Source: Candidatus Omnitrophota bacterium (lineage in GTDB: Bacteria > Omnitrophota > Gorgyraeia > Gygaellales > Profunditerraquicolaceae). From it: DNA of 64,000 nt. The notes under the pieces were generated by a model, which made no database searches, had not been told where the DNA came from, and saw nothing but the letters and a program-made list of their open reading frames with translations. Both the position numbers and the translations under genes were made by a program. The stretch covers positions 82,711 through 146,710 of the forward strand of contig JALOQK010000003.1 in the NCBI GenBank assembly GCA_025453395.1, read 5' to 3'. Positions 9,118 through 19,365 of the stretch are shown here, piece after piece; the first letter of the stretch is position 1, and each line of letters opens with the position of its first letter.

Positions 9118-10239
9118 ATGGAAAATCCAGTTATCCGTTTGACAGAGGATTTAATCCGTATTAATTCGGAGAATCCGGGAAGCAACGAATATAAGATAGG
9201 CCGTTTTGTTAAAACTTATTTTGACCGGCTTGGATTAGCGGCTAAATTGTATGAGTTTTCGCCCCGGCGCACCAATGTGGTTGCGGTATTAAAGAACGCT
9301 TCTTCGAGCAAATCACTTTTGATCACTCCGCATCTGGATACTGTCCCCGCGGGAAAAAACTGGAAAAATAAGCCTTTTGCCCCGGAAATAAAAAACGGCA
9401 AGCTTTTTGGCTTAGGCTCTACTGATTGTAAAGGTAATCTTGCGGTAGCGATGGAGGCGGTAAAAGCGCTGGTTACGCAGAAAGCAAGATTAGGTTATAA
9501 TCTTATCTTTGCCGCGACAAGCGATGAAGAAACCGGTTCCGCCTTGGGCCTTATGAAGCTTTTGGAAAGAAATATTATTAGGGCTTCTGCGGCAGTAGTT
9601 CTGGATTCTGACGATTTTAGGATTATCACCGCGCAAAAAGGCCTGATGCATCTTAAATTTATCTTTTCCGGAATTAAGGCGCATGCAGCTTATCCTTATT
9701 TAGGGATTAACGCCATAGACCTGGCCTGTAAGGCGATCAAAGAGATCAAGGATTTCCAGTTTAAGATAAAGAAACATCCGCTTTTAAGCCCGCCTACGGT
9801 GAATATCGGGACTATCCAGGGCGGAGATAAGGTTAATGTTGTGGCGGACTGGTGTTTCTTCGAGGCGGACTTACGTTTCTTGCCGCGAGAGAATCCGGAA
9901 GAAATTCTGCGCCAGGTTAAAAGCGCTGTCCACAAGAACGCAGGGAAATTTAAGCTTGAAATAGAGGGCGTACAAAAACCGTTTGAAATAGAAAAAAGCC
10001 ATCCGCTGGTGCAGGGGTTTATGCGGGCAATGCGCAATAATAAAATATCCCCGGTTATAGAAGGTTCAGAGGGCGCCACGGTAGTATCATTTTTTGATAA
10101 ATATCATATTCCTTCAATTGCTACCGGGTTTGGTTCTTCGGGTTGCGCGCATATTTGCGATGAATATGTAAAAATTTCCAATCTGGTTAAAGGCGTGGAA
10201 GTTTTGAGTGATTTTCTAAGAAATTATAAATTTAATTAG
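9118..10239 (+). CDS. M20-family metallopeptidase (ArgE/DapE-like deacetylase/desuccinylase)
   Basis: 'HLDTVPAG' metal-binding block, 'SDEETGS', Gly-rich dimerisation region. Start moved to 'MENPVIRL' just after the hexokinase stop. Confidence 0.7.
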   Translation: MENPVIRLTEDLIRINSENPGSNEYKIGRFVKTYFDRLGLAAKLYEFSPRRTNVVAVLKNASSSKSLLITPHLDTVPAGKNWKNKPFAPEIKNGKLFGLGSTDCKGNLAVAMEAVKALVTQKARLGYNLIFAATSDEETGSALGLMKLLERNIIRASAAVVLDSDDFRIITAQKGLMHLKFIFSGIKAHAAYPYLGINAIDLACKAIKEIKDFQFKIKKHPLLSPPTVNIGTIQGGDKVNVVADWCFFEADLRFLPRENPEEILRQVKSAVHKNAGKFKLEIEGVQKPFEIEKSHPLVQGFMRAMRNNKISPVIEGSEGATVVSFFDKYHIPSIATGFGSSGCAHICDEYVKISNLVKGVEVLSDFLRNYKFN

Positions 10240-10253
10240 CAAGGAGACAGATT

Positions 10254-11219
10254 ATGGAAGGAATCATTATGCAGAATAAGCCGAAATTAACCAATCCCTG
10301 CCTTATAGCTTCTTGGCCGGGAATGGGGGAAGTGGCTTTTAAAACAGCAAGCTATCTTATCCAGAAATTAGGGGCGAAAGAGTTCGCTTCTTTAGACCCG
10401 CAAGAATTTTTCTATTTTACCGCAAGCGCGGTTAAAGACGGGATATTGGATGTTCCGGAATTGCCGTCGGGAAAATTCTATTTTTGGAATAATCCCGGCC
10501 GCGCGGGGGATATTGTTTTTTTCTTAAGTAACGCCCAGCCGGATTTAGCTTATGCGCAAAAATATTGCGGGCGGATTATCCGCATGGCAAAACTATTAAA
10601 AATTAAAACAGTTATCGGTATGGCTGCGATGCCATCCGCGATTGATCATACTCAAACCCCAAGCGTTCATTTTGCCGCCACCCATAAGGCAGTAGCCGAG
10701 CATCTGAAGAAATTTAAAATCAACCTTCTTAACCAGGGCCACATAAGCGGAATGAACGGCTTGTTCTTAGGGCTTGTCAAGGAGGCGGGGCTTAAGGGAT
10801 TTTGCCTGTTGGGAGAAATCCCGTTTTACACTATTCAAATAGAGAATCCGCGCGCCAACGCCGCGGTTATTGAGGCGCTCAATCAAGTCTTAAATCTTAA
10901 AATCGATACCGCAGCTCTTATAGACCAGGGCAGGCTTCTGGAGGATGAGATCAATAAGCTGATGGAATTTTTGAAGGTTTCTCCTTCCATGGATAATCCC
11001 ATCGGCGAAGATGATATTGAAAAGATAAAAAAAGCGCTGACCCAGCTTACCACCCTGCCGGTTTCAGTTAAAGAAAAGATCGAACAGCTTTTTATTTTGG
11101 CTAAAAGCGATCTGGATAAGGCGGGGGAACTTAAGAGCGAGCTTGACAAGTGGAATGTCTATAAAGAATACGAAGACAGGTTTCTGGATCTTTTCAAGAA
11201 AAAAGATCCAGATAATTAG
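10254..11219 (+). CDS. PAC2-family (proteasome-assembly-chaperone-2-like) protein with C-terminal coiled coil
   Basis: N-terminal 'NPCLIASWPGMGEVAFKTASYLIQKL' matches the PAC2 family N-terminal pattern. Confidence 0.5.
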   Translation: MEGIIMQNKPKLTNPCLIASWPGMGEVAFKTASYLIQKLGAKEFASLDPQEFFYFTASAVKDGILDVPELPSGKFYFWNNPGRAGDIVFFLSNAQPDLAYAQKYCGRIIRMAKLLKIKTVIGMAAMPSAIDHTQTPSVHFAATHKAVAEHLKKFKINLLNQGHISGMNGLFLGLVKEAGLKGFCLLGEIPFYTIQIENPRANAAVIEALNQVLNLKIDTAALIDQGRLLEDEINKLMEFLKVSPSMDNPIGEDDIEKIKKALTQLTTLPVSVKEKIEQLFILAKSDLDKAGELKSELDKWNVYKEYEDRFLDLFKKKDPDN

Positions 11220-11237
11220 CCCTTCGCCAATACCGGC

Positions 11238-11978
11238 ATGGCAAAAAAAGCGGCCTTTCAAAAAAGATTCTATCGGCATTCTGTAAGACCCCAGGGGTTA
11301 TACGCGTGCGTTGCCAGATTGCAGGAAACCGATGTGCAGGTATTAACGGATACGCCTGTAAGCAAGGATTTCATCGTTAAAAGGATTAAGAAATACCGCA
11401 GAGAAATAGAAAACTATATTTCCCGCCATCCGCGTTTTTTAACAAGCCTGAAACCCATACCGGTAGAAATAAACGCCCAGCCGATTATTAAGAAAATGGC
11501 GCAAGCCGCCCAAAAAGCCAATGTCGGGCCCATGGCCGCTGTTGCCGGGGCAATCGCTTTTTTTCTGGGCAAAGACCTTATGCGCAGGAAATGCAGGGAT
11601 GTAATTATTGAAAACGGCGGAGATATTTTTGTAAAAACTTCCCGCGCGCGCATTGTAGGAATTTATTCCGGGCGGTCCAGCCTTTTTAACGGCATTAAGT
11701 TAAGAATCCGCCCCCGCATGAGAATATCAGGGGTTTGTGCTTCTTCTGGCACGATTGGGCATTCTTTGAGCTTTGGAAAAGCTGATAGCGCGGTTATTTT
11801 AGCCGTTGACCCTGTTATTGCCGACGCGGTAGCTACCGCTACCTGTAACTTAGTCCGAAAAAAAGAAGATTTAAAAAAGGCAATTGATTTTGCCAAATCC
11901 ATAAAGGCAGTTAAGGGCGCAGTGCTGATCATGGGGGATAATCTTGCCAGCTGGGGGAAAGCCGAACTTGTTTTATAA
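11238..11978 (+). CDS. UPF0280-family protein (COG2122)
   Basis: 'FYRHSVRPQGLYACVARLQETDVQV' matches the UPF0280 N-terminal consensus (FYR..V....L..F.V.V.ETDL). Confidence 0.5.
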   Translation: MAKKAAFQKRFYRHSVRPQGLYACVARLQETDVQVLTDTPVSKDFIVKRIKKYRREIENYISRHPRFLTSLKPIPVEINAQPIIKKMAQAAQKANVGPMAAVAGAIAFFLGKDLMRRKCRDVIIENGGDIFVKTSRARIVGIYSGRSSLFNGIKLRIRPRMRISGVCASSGTIGHSLSFGKADSAVILAVDPVIADAVATATCNLVRKKEDLKKAIDFAKSIKAVKGAVLIMGDNLASWGKAELVL

Positions 11979-11981
11979 AAT

Positions 11982-13142
11982 ATGCCTAAGGCCAGAATTC
12001 TATACATAATTACTAAACTTGAATTAGGCGGGGCGCAGAAACAACTGCTTAATCTTATTGACCTGTTAGACAAAGATAGGTTTGAGGTTTTTTTGTTTAC
12101 CGCCCAAGAAGGATATCTTTTGGGCCGGGCCAAGGCAATCCCCGGGGTTAGATTGTATTTATCGCGTTTTCTGGAAAGGCCGGTAAACCCGCTTAAAGAT
12201 ATCCGCGCCTTATTTGAAATACGCAAGTTTATCTTTGAGAATAAAATAGATATTGTGCATACCCACAGTTCCAAGGCCGGGATATTGGGCCGTTTTGCCG
12301 CCTGGATTTCAGGCGCGCCTTTTATTATCCACACTGTTCACGGATGGAGCTTCAACTGTTATCAAGTGTTTCCCCGGCGCGCTGTTTTTATTCTTTTGGA
12401 GCATTTTTGCGCGCGCCTGACGCGGGCTATCATTTGTGCCTGCAAAAGCGATCTGGAAAAAGGCCGCGGGTTTAACGATAGAGGTAAATATTATTTGATT
12501 CCATACGGCTTGTCCTTGGAAGATTTCGCGCCTTCTGACGGAAGAAAGGCAAAACAAAAACAGGGCATAAAAGATGATAAGCTTGTTATCGGGATGATCG
12601 CTTGTTTTAAGCCGCAGAAAGCCCCGCTTGATTTTGTTAAAGCAGTCAATATTTTTAAAGGGCAAGGCGGGGTTGCTAAATTTATTTTAATCGGAGATGG
12701 GGCCTTGCGCGGCAAGATAGAAAGGAAGATCAAAGAATTAAATCTTCAGGATGATATTTCACTCTTGGGCTGGAGAGAAGATATTGCAGGCTTAATCCAG
12801 GCTATGGATATTTTTGTTTTGACTTCTCTCTGGGAAGGGCTGCCGGTATCTGTTTTAGAAGCCATGGCAGCCTCCAAGCCGATAGTTGCCACAAATACCG
12901 GAGGCATAAGAGAGGTCCTTCGAGATGGAGAAAATGGATTTTTGGTCAAGCCTCAAGACGCTTTCGGTATCGCGAGAGGCTTAAGAGTCTTGGCCGATGA
13001 TGTTTTTTTGCGTGAATCTTTCGGCAAAGTTTCATTTTCTATCTCGCGATCTTTTCTTTCCCATAAAGAAGTTGCGGAAAAACATATGAAGCTGTATGAT
13101 AGTTTTATACAGGAGGGGGAATATGGCCCAAGTAGAAATTAA
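11982..13142 (+). CDS. Glycosyltransferase, GT4 family (GT-B fold)
   Basis: N-terminal 'ILYIITKLELGGAQKQLLNL'. C-terminal 'EGLPVSVLEAMAASKPIVATNTGGIREV' (E-X7-E type motif). Confidence 0.8.
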   Translation: MPKARILYIITKLELGGAQKQLLNLIDLLDKDRFEVFLFTAQEGYLLGRAKAIPGVRLYLSRFLERPVNPLKDIRALFEIRKFIFENKIDIVHTHSSKAGILGRFAAWISGAPFIIHTVHGWSFNCYQVFPRRAVFILLEHFCARLTRAIICACKSDLEKGRGFNDRGKYYLIPYGLSLEDFAPSDGRKAKQKQGIKDDKLVIGMIACFKPQKAPLDFVKAVNIFKGQGGVAKFILIGDGALRGKIERKIKELNLQDDISLLGWREDIAGLIQAMDIFVLTSLWEGLPVSVLEAMAASKPIVATNTGGIREVLRDGENGFLVKPQDAFGIARGLRVLADDVFLRESFGKVSFSISRSFLSHKEVAEKHMKLYDSFIQEGEYGPSRN

Positions 13143-14049
13143 GAATTTGATAGACAATATCGGCAAGGTTATTATCGGCAAGGATGAAACAGTAAAGTTG
13201 TTGTTGGTGGGGCTTTTGACAAATGGGCATATCTTAATAGAAGATGTCCCCGGGACGGGTAAAACCATGCTTGCCCTGGCCTTGGCAAAGTCCATACAGG
13301 CGGATTTTAAACGCATTCAGTTTACTCCGGATTTGCTTCCATCAGATGTTACAGGGGGTTTTATTTATAATTCAAAGACAGGGGAATTTGATTTCCATCA
13401 AGGCCCGGTATTTACTAATATACTTTTGGCGGATGAAATAAACCGTACTACTCCCCGGACGCAGTCAGCCCTTTTGGAGTGTATGCAGGAAGCAAAGATT
13501 ACTTTAGAGGGGAAAACCTTTAGCCTGCCTAAGCCGTTTATGGTTGTGGCTACCCAGAACCCCATTGAGTATCAAGGCACATATCCGTTGCCCGAAGCGC
13601 AGATAGACAGGTTTTTGATGTTGGTGCGCATGGGTTATCTTTCTCCTGAAGATGAAGTTAAGGTAATCTCCGGGCAGCAAAGACAGCACCCCATAGAATC
13701 TTTAAGCGCGGTAATGGAGACGTCAAGGCTTGTTGCTTTGCAGGAAGAGGTCAAGAAAATAGAGGTTTCTATCCATCTGTTGCAATACATTACCCGGCTT
13801 GTTTCTGCTACCCGCAAAAACGATTCTATAAAACTTGGGGCCAGCCCCCGCGCATCCATCGCGCTTATGAAAGCCGCTGCCGCCTGGGCTCTTTTAGAGG
13901 GGAGAAATTACGCTATACCCGAAGACGTGGTATTCTTGCTGCCCCATATTTTAACGCATAGGCTGATCCTGCATCCCAAGGTTTCTATTGCCGGGAAAAA
14001 TACCCAAGATATCATCAAGGAATTAGTGCATTCCGTAGCCATCCCTTAA
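13123..14049 (+). CDS. MoxR-family AAA+ ATPase
   Basis: 'GHILIEDVPGTGKT' Walker A, 'LLADEINR' Walker B, 'VVATQNP'. Typical MoxR length. Confidence 0.85.
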   Translation: MAQVEIKNLIDNIGKVIIGKDETVKLLLVGLLTNGHILIEDVPGTGKTMLALALAKSIQADFKRIQFTPDLLPSDVTGGFIYNSKTGEFDFHQGPVFTNILLADEINRTTPRTQSALLECMQEAKITLEGKTFSLPKPFMVVATQNPIEYQGTYPLPEAQIDRFLMLVRMGYLSPEDEVKVISGQQRQHPIESLSAVMETSRLVALQEEVKKIEVSIHLLQYITRLVSATRKNDSIKLGASPRASIALMKAAAAWALLEGRNYAIPEDVVFLLPHILTHRLILHPKVSIAGKNTQDIIKELVHSVAIP

Positions 14050-14055
14050 GAGAAT

Positions 14056-15288
14056 ATGGCGCGCCTATTTATTAAGAAGTGGATTTTTATAGGGGTTTTA
14101 ATTCTGGCCATGCCGATAATCGCTCTTAAAACCGGCATAGCCTTTTTTTATTTTTCTTCGTGGTTTCTTTTGTTTTTTATCCTGGGCAATATCTTCTGGG
14201 TAGTTTTTTCTTTTGTCTTGCTGGATGTCCAGATAAAACGGCAATTTTTTCCTACCGCGGTAGAAGGCGAAACCATAGAAGTGCAAGTATCTATAAAGAA
14301 TAAAAGTCTTCTGGGGGCCTATAATATTTTATTTCAAGATAACTGTCCGTGCGGGCGTCATGGCCAGGCAGAAAAAAATATGCCTGTTTGGCATATCCCC
14401 GCGCAGTCGTGGTTCTATGTAAAATACAATCTTTATTGCCTGCGCAGGGGTAAATATACGCTTGGCCCTTTTCATGCGTATGTGCTTGATCCTTTTGGGA
14501 TCTTTTATTTGACTGTGCATCTGCCTGTTTACGACGATTTATATGTTTATCCGCGCATTTTCCGGATTGAGAAATTCCCCGAGCTTGCCAAAGGAAATGC
14601 CCCTTGGTTTGGCATTCAGACCACTCGCTCCATCGGCGAAGACGATGAATTTTTTGGGTTAAGAGAATACCGTGCCGGTGATTCCCTGCGTAGGGTGCAT
14701 TGGATGTCTACCGCGAGGATGAATCAGGTTATTGTCAAACAGTTCCAGCGCCAGGGGTTTTGCCGGGCTACGATTATGTTCAGCCTTTTGCATAAGTATG
14801 ACCTTTCTTCGGGGGAAAAAAGGCTTTCAGACTATATAGTCAGCTTAGCCGCTTCTATAACAAAGTATTTACTGGATCAGGGCGTCTCTGTTGAGCTTGT
14901 GGCGCATACCGGTTCATATGCGCGCATAGATTTCAATAAAGGAAATGAGCATATGCAGGAGATCTTAAAGTTTTTGTCAGTTGCTCAGGCAGACAGCCAA
15001 ACAAGCGTTGTTGAGCTTTTTGAAGGGCATCGGCGTTTTTTACAGCATGATTCCACGGTGATCATTATTATGCCGGATGCCGAATGGGAGATCCTAAGCG
15101 CTGCTGTGCCGCTTGATAAAAGGGATTTTTCTTTTATACCCTTAGTCCTTTTATCCGCCTCTTTCTTAAGTAATTTGTCCACAGAGCGCGTTATCAAAGA
15201 TTCACAAATAAAATTATTAAACAGCACCACGTTTTCTCCGGTTGTTTTGCCCTGCAACCAATATTTTGAGGAGGCGTTTTTGCGCTAG
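14056..15288 (+). CDS. DUF58-domain protein (MoxR partner, vWA-like)
   Basis: 'EFFGLREYRAGDSLRRVHWMSTAR' is the DUF58 signature. N-terminal TM helices. Confidence 0.8.
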   Translation: MARLFIKKWIFIGVLILAMPIIALKTGIAFFYFSSWFLLFFILGNIFWVVFSFVLLDVQIKRQFFPTAVEGETIEVQVSIKNKSLLGAYNILFQDNCPCGRHGQAEKNMPVWHIPAQSWFYVKYNLYCLRRGKYTLGPFHAYVLDPFGIFYLTVHLPVYDDLYVYPRIFRIEKFPELAKGNAPWFGIQTTRSIGEDDEFFGLREYRAGDSLRRVHWMSTARMNQVIVKQFQRQGFCRATIMFSLLHKYDLSSGEKRLSDYIVSLAASITKYLLDQGVSVELVAHTGSYARIDFNKGNEHMQEILKFLSVAQADSQTSVVELFEGHRRFLQHDSTVIIIMPDAEWEILSAAVPLDKRDFSFIPLVLLSASFLSNLSTERVIKDSQIKLLNSTTFSPVVLPCNQYFEEAFLR

Positions 15289-15294
15289 GCGGAT

Positions 15295-17070
15295 ATGGAA
15301 GAAAGAGAATCTTTATACGAACGCGTTATTATGACAGCGATGGTGTTGTCGGCTTGCATTCTCTTGCGATCCGCCCATTCTTTTCTTATTGCTGCCGGAG
15401 CGGCAGTTTTTTTGGCAGGGAATATTTACCGCATTTTTTTTATTTCTTCAGATTCCCGCGGTTTAAGAAACCTTATTACCGCGCTGTGCATAGGGATAAT
15501 TTTATTGCAGGGGGCAGCTATTGTTAATTCCCACCTTCTCTATAAAGAGATCATCGGGATAGGCGCGCAGACTTCGGTATTATTAATGATGGTCTTAAGT
15601 TTTGCCTCATCTTCCCGCAAACATAAAGGATACATAGAGATATTAAGCCTTACGCTTATTCTTTGTTGCGGTATTTTTATACAAAAATACACAAATCTAG
15701 ACATATTTCTTTTAGGGGTTTATCTTTTGGCAGGATGCCTATTAATGCGCATAAGGTTTTATCGTATCTGGGGGGCAGAGGACAGTTCCGCCTCCGCCCT
15801 TTTTAATTCTTCCGGGTTTTTGGCGATGCTTTTTGTGCTATTGATTTCTTGCGCAGGATTATTTTTGACCGCTAAATTATCAGCAGGCAGATATTTACAT
15901 GGAGGGGTTTTTGCCGATATCGGTGAAGCGGGGGATATTATTGATCCCAAGGATTATTATAAGCTGCAGTCTGTTTTGCTGGATAAAATGCTTCCTCTTG
16001 TCTCTGAAGGTTATTACCCGAAGGACAAATTGTCGCTTTTAGGCATGCTAAATATTTTAGTGCGCGATGATGCCGTGCTTGTGGAAGTAGACCGCGCAGA
16101 GCAGGGGCTTGTTTCATTTTTGCGCACTCCCGGCTGGGGGGTGGAAGAAGACAAGAATCAGGCGCTTCAGATCTTGAAATCTTATATCCAGGAGAAAATA
16201 AGCAGAAAGATTTCCGCTTCGCAGGAACAGATAAACGAACTTTTTAAATTACAGGCGCCTTTTTCCCTGGGGCAGAGAATAAAGCAATCTTCTTTGGTGC
16301 AAGAATTAAAACAGGCTTCTTCGCTTTCCCAGGTTGAGAGTTTTCATAAGCAGGCGGAAGATTTCATAAATAAATCGTCTTTGTTTGCAGAGGCTGTTGA
16401 TAAGGCAGGCGAAGCCTTAAACGATATCAGGTCATGGAAGGAGTTTGAAATAAAGCACCAAACAAGATATGATGCAGATTTTGCCCCCGGAAAAGAACAG
16501 GCCCCAGGGCAAAATCCAGCTTCGGGCTTGTTGGAACCAACTGCGCCAGAGCCGGCTCAACCTTTGCCCATAGAAATACCTGCCCCGCAGGCCGGTACCG
16601 GATCAGTTTTAAGCCATGGCAGCCTTTGGGCGATTGCGCCTGTGTTCGCGCAGGCATTTTTTATTCTTTTGGCCGTTTTGCTCGCCTTAATATATATACT
16701 TGCGCAAATAGAAAGGTTAAACATCAAATCTCTTGCAGGCCAGCCCAGGCAGTTTATCTTGCGGCTTTATGCGCACTTGCGCCAGGCCTTATTTTACTCC
16801 AGGGCAGTTTACCAAGAAATCCTTCCGCCGCTTTATTACGCATCTAAAATAGAGCAGCAGATGGACTTAAAGGATAATTCTTTATTCCGCTTAAGCTCTA
16901 AATTTGAAGAAGCCAGATACAGCTCGCATATTTTAAGCCCTGAAGACGCAGAGGCCTGCCTTAGTGATTACAATTATTTTTTAAGGGCGTTCTTAAGGAA
17001 ATGTTCCATAAGCACCAAGCTTGTTTTTTATTGCAGGATGTTTTTCTCGCGCAAGCCGGTGTCCATATAA
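15295..17070 (+). CDS. Polytopic membrane protein, third member of the MoxR-DUF58 module. Has a Pro-rich linker and a possible DUF4129-like C-terminus.
   Basis: Multiple hydrophobic segments. 'APEPAQPLPIEIPAPQ' linker. Position immediately after the MoxR/DUF58 pair. Confidence 0.35.
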   Translation: MEERESLYERVIMTAMVLSACILLRSAHSFLIAAGAAVFLAGNIYRIFFISSDSRGLRNLITALCIGIILLQGAAIVNSHLLYKEIIGIGAQTSVLLMMVLSFASSSRKHKGYIEILSLTLILCCGIFIQKYTNLDIFLLGVYLLAGCLLMRIRFYRIWGAEDSSASALFNSSGFLAMLFVLLISCAGLFLTAKLSAGRYLHGGVFADIGEAGDIIDPKDYYKLQSVLLDKMLPLVSEGYYPKDKLSLLGMLNILVRDDAVLVEVDRAEQGLVSFLRTPGWGVEEDKNQALQILKSYIQEKISRKISASQEQINELFKLQAPFSLGQRIKQSSLVQELKQASSLSQVESFHKQAEDFINKSSLFAEAVDKAGEALNDIRSWKEFEIKHQTRYDADFAPGKEQAPGQNPASGLLEPTAPEPAQPLPIEIPAPQAGTGSVLSHGSLWAIAPVFAQAFFILLAVLLALIYILAQIERLNIKSLAGQPRQFILRLYAHLRQALFYSRAVYQEILPPLYYASKIEQQMDLKDNSLFRLSSKFEEARYSSHILSPEDAEACLSDYNYFLRAFLRKCSISTKLVFYCRMFFSRKPVSI

Positions 17071-17093
17071 AACGGTAAACCAAAAGAGGGAAA

Positions 17094-18077
17094 ATGCTTT
17101 TAGGGGTGTGTATTTTCGCTTCAGGGTTATTATTCACCTTAAGCCTTACCTTATTCCTGAGCAGGCTTGCTTCTAGGGGCTCTTCATTGCGCGCCTCCGA
17201 TGGCGTTTTAGCATCAGGCGGTATAGCTATTGCCGCAGGGTTTTTTGCCACGGCAGAAGCGTATCTTGTATTAGGTAATTCCTATCCCAAGATGCAATTT
17301 CTGATCATGGCTTCGTTAGCTATGTTTATTTTTGGCTTGCTTGACGATGTCCATGAATTTTCAGTGGGTTTAAAATTCTTGTCGCAAATTATCGCCTGCT
17401 CTATTGCCGTAGCGGGAGGAATAAAAACAGAGATTGTTTATATCGGGCCATGGGTTAATATAATTATTACCTATATATGGGTGCTGGGGATTACCAATGC
17501 ATTTAATCACCTTGATGTGTTGGACGGGGTAACAGCCGGGACAACTGTTTTTATAAGCGCAGGATTTTTAGTTATTTCCTTGTTTACCGGCCAGCCCATT
17601 GTGACAGTGATTGCGGCTTCGCTTTTGGCCTGCGCCTCGGGATTCTTTATTTTTAATTTTCCTCCCGCGCGCATATATATGGGCAATTCCGGAAGCCATT
17701 TTTTAGGGTTTGTTTTATCTCTAACCGCGCTTATGATTGATTACGCCCCCATGCAGCGCAAGATCGCCCTTATAAGCCCGCTTTTACTTTTGGGCCTGCC
17801 GATTTTTGACAGCGCGTTTTTGATCTGGGTTAGGTTAAAACAGGGCAGGTCTATTGTGAAAAAAAGCGGTGATCATTTTTGCCTGCGCCTTTTGCAGAAA
17901 ATCCCGTCCAAGAAAAAAACCTTATTTCTGATGCTGGGTTTAGCTTTGTTTTTTGTTTCCTGCGGGGTAATCACCAGCCGTTTCTCAAATTTGGCCGGAT
18001 TATTAGTGATTATTTTGTGTTTGGGCGTAAGTATCCCCATAATGTGGTTGATGGCAAAAGTCAAAGTTGATGCGTAA
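17094..18077 (+). CDS. Polyprenyl-phosphate N-acetylhexosamine-1-phosphate transferase (MraY/WecA family)
   Basis: 'ITNAFNHLDVLDGVTAG' = NAxNxxDGxDGL motif of the MraY/WecA family. 10-11 TM helices. Confidence 0.75.
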   Translation: MLLGVCIFASGLLFTLSLTLFLSRLASRGSSLRASDGVLASGGIAIAAGFFATAEAYLVLGNSYPKMQFLIMASLAMFIFGLLDDVHEFSVGLKFLSQIIACSIAVAGGIKTEIVYIGPWVNIIITYIWVLGITNAFNHLDVLDGVTAGTTVFISAGFLVISLFTGQPIVTVIAASLLACASGFFIFNFPPARIYMGNSGSHFLGFVLSLTALMIDYAPMQRKIALISPLLLLGLPIFDSAFLIWVRLKQGRSIVKKSGDHFCLRLLQKIPSKKKTLFLMLGLALFFVSCGVITSRFSNLAGLLVIILCLGVSIPIMWLMAKVKVDA

Positions 18078-19365
18078 GAAAAAAATTATTATTTTAGGCG
18101 CAGGAATAGCTGGTTTAAGCGCGGCGTGGCACTTAAAACAAAAGGGGGCGCATTTTTTATCCTTTGAAAAAGAGCCGCAGGTAGGAGGGTTGTGCCGCTC
18201 TAAGCATGTGGATGGTTTTACTTTTGATTACGATGGGCACTTGATGCATTTTAGGACTGATTATGCGTTTAATTTGGTGCAGCAGCTTTTAGGAAGCAAC
18301 CTTGCCATGCATAAGAGAAATTCCTTTATATATGCTTTCGCAGGTTATACGCGTTATCCTTTTCAGGCGAATTTATATGGCCTTCCGGAACAAGTGGTAA
18401 AAGAGTGTTTACTGGACAGGGTCTCTGTGGATGTGCAGAAAAAAAACAGCCATAGAAACTTTCTGGATTGGATACGCCATAATTTTGGCAACGGGATAGC
18501 GCGCTATTTTATGATTCCGTACAATCTTAAATTTTGGACCCTTTCTCCGGATAAGCTTACCTGTTCGTGGCTTCAGAGCTTTATTCCGGTTCCTTCGTTA
18601 AAACAGGTCCTGGAGGGGACGATTACCGACAGCGACACGCGTTTAGGCTATAACGCTTCTTTCTGGTATCCCAAGAAAGGCGGGATCGAAAAGCTGCCCT
18701 TTGCCTTTAGCCGGCAATTAGTGAATATTTATTGTAACCGTCAGGCTCGGGAAATTGATCTTAAAAGAAAGGAAGTTGTGTTTTCTTCAGGAGAAAAAGA
18801 AAACTACGATGTTTTAATTACCACGATAGCAATGCCGGGTTTAAAAAACCTCATCCAGATCGCTCCGCCTGCTGTGAATAAGGCGCTTTCAAAACTAAAA
18901 TGGAATTCAGTCTATAACCTCAATTTGGGCATAAAAAGAAAGAATGCCGCGGATAAGCATTGGGTGTATTTCCCGGAAAAGGAATTTAGTTTTTTTCGTG
19001 TCGGCTTTGCGCATAATTTTTCCGATTTTCTCGCTCCAGAAGGAAAGGGAATAATTTATACTGAAACTTCTTATTCGCCATGGAGGCCGCTGGACAGGAA
19101 GAGTATAAATAAAAAAATCATCGGTGACCTGGTCAAAGCGGGAATACTAGAGAGCAAGAATGATGTTGTGGCCTGGGACGTAAACGATATAAAATGCGCC
19201 TATCCGATATATGACGAAAATTATAAGCCTGCGCGTAACACCATTATGAAGTTTCTGAATAAGAATGATATTTTCCCCTGCGGCAGGTACGGCTCATGGA
19301 GGTATATGTCTATGGAGGATAGCATATTGGATGGAAAGGAAGTTTCCGAGAAGGTTTTAGCTTAG
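18067..19365 (+). CDS. FAD/NAD(P)-binding oxidoreductase (amine-oxidase / UDP-galactopyranose-mutase-like fold)
   Basis: 'IIILGAGIAGLSAAWHL' Rossmann dinucleotide motif, 'FEKEPQVGGL'. Confidence 0.6.
   Translation: MMRKKKIIILGAGIAGLSAAWHLKQKGAHFLSFEKEPQVGGLCRSKHVDGFTFDYDGHLMHFRTDYAFNLVQQLLGSNLAMHKRNSFIYAFAGYTRYPFQANLYGLPEQVVKECLLDRVSVDVQKKNSHRNFLDWIRHNFGNGIARYFMIPYNLKFWTLSPDKLTCSWLQSFIPVPSLKQVLEGTITDSDTRLGYNASFWYPKKGGIEKLPFAFSRQLVNIYCNRQAREIDLKRKEVVFSSGEKENYDVLITTIAMPGLKNLIQIAPPAVNKALSKLKWNSVYNLNLGIKRKNAADKHWVYFPEKEFSFFRVGFAHNFSDFLAPEGKGIIYTETSYSPWRPLDRKSINKKIIGDLVKAGILESKNDVVAWDVNDIKCAYPIYDENYKPARNTIMKFLNKNDIFPCGRYGSWRYMSMEDSILDGKEVSEKVLA

Noticed and set aside
11663-12334. 223-aa minus-strand ORF antisense to the UPF0280 and GT4 genes
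   Set aside because: Entirely overlaps two well-supported plus-strand genes. Low-complexity, S/L/R-rich translation typical of antisense frames.
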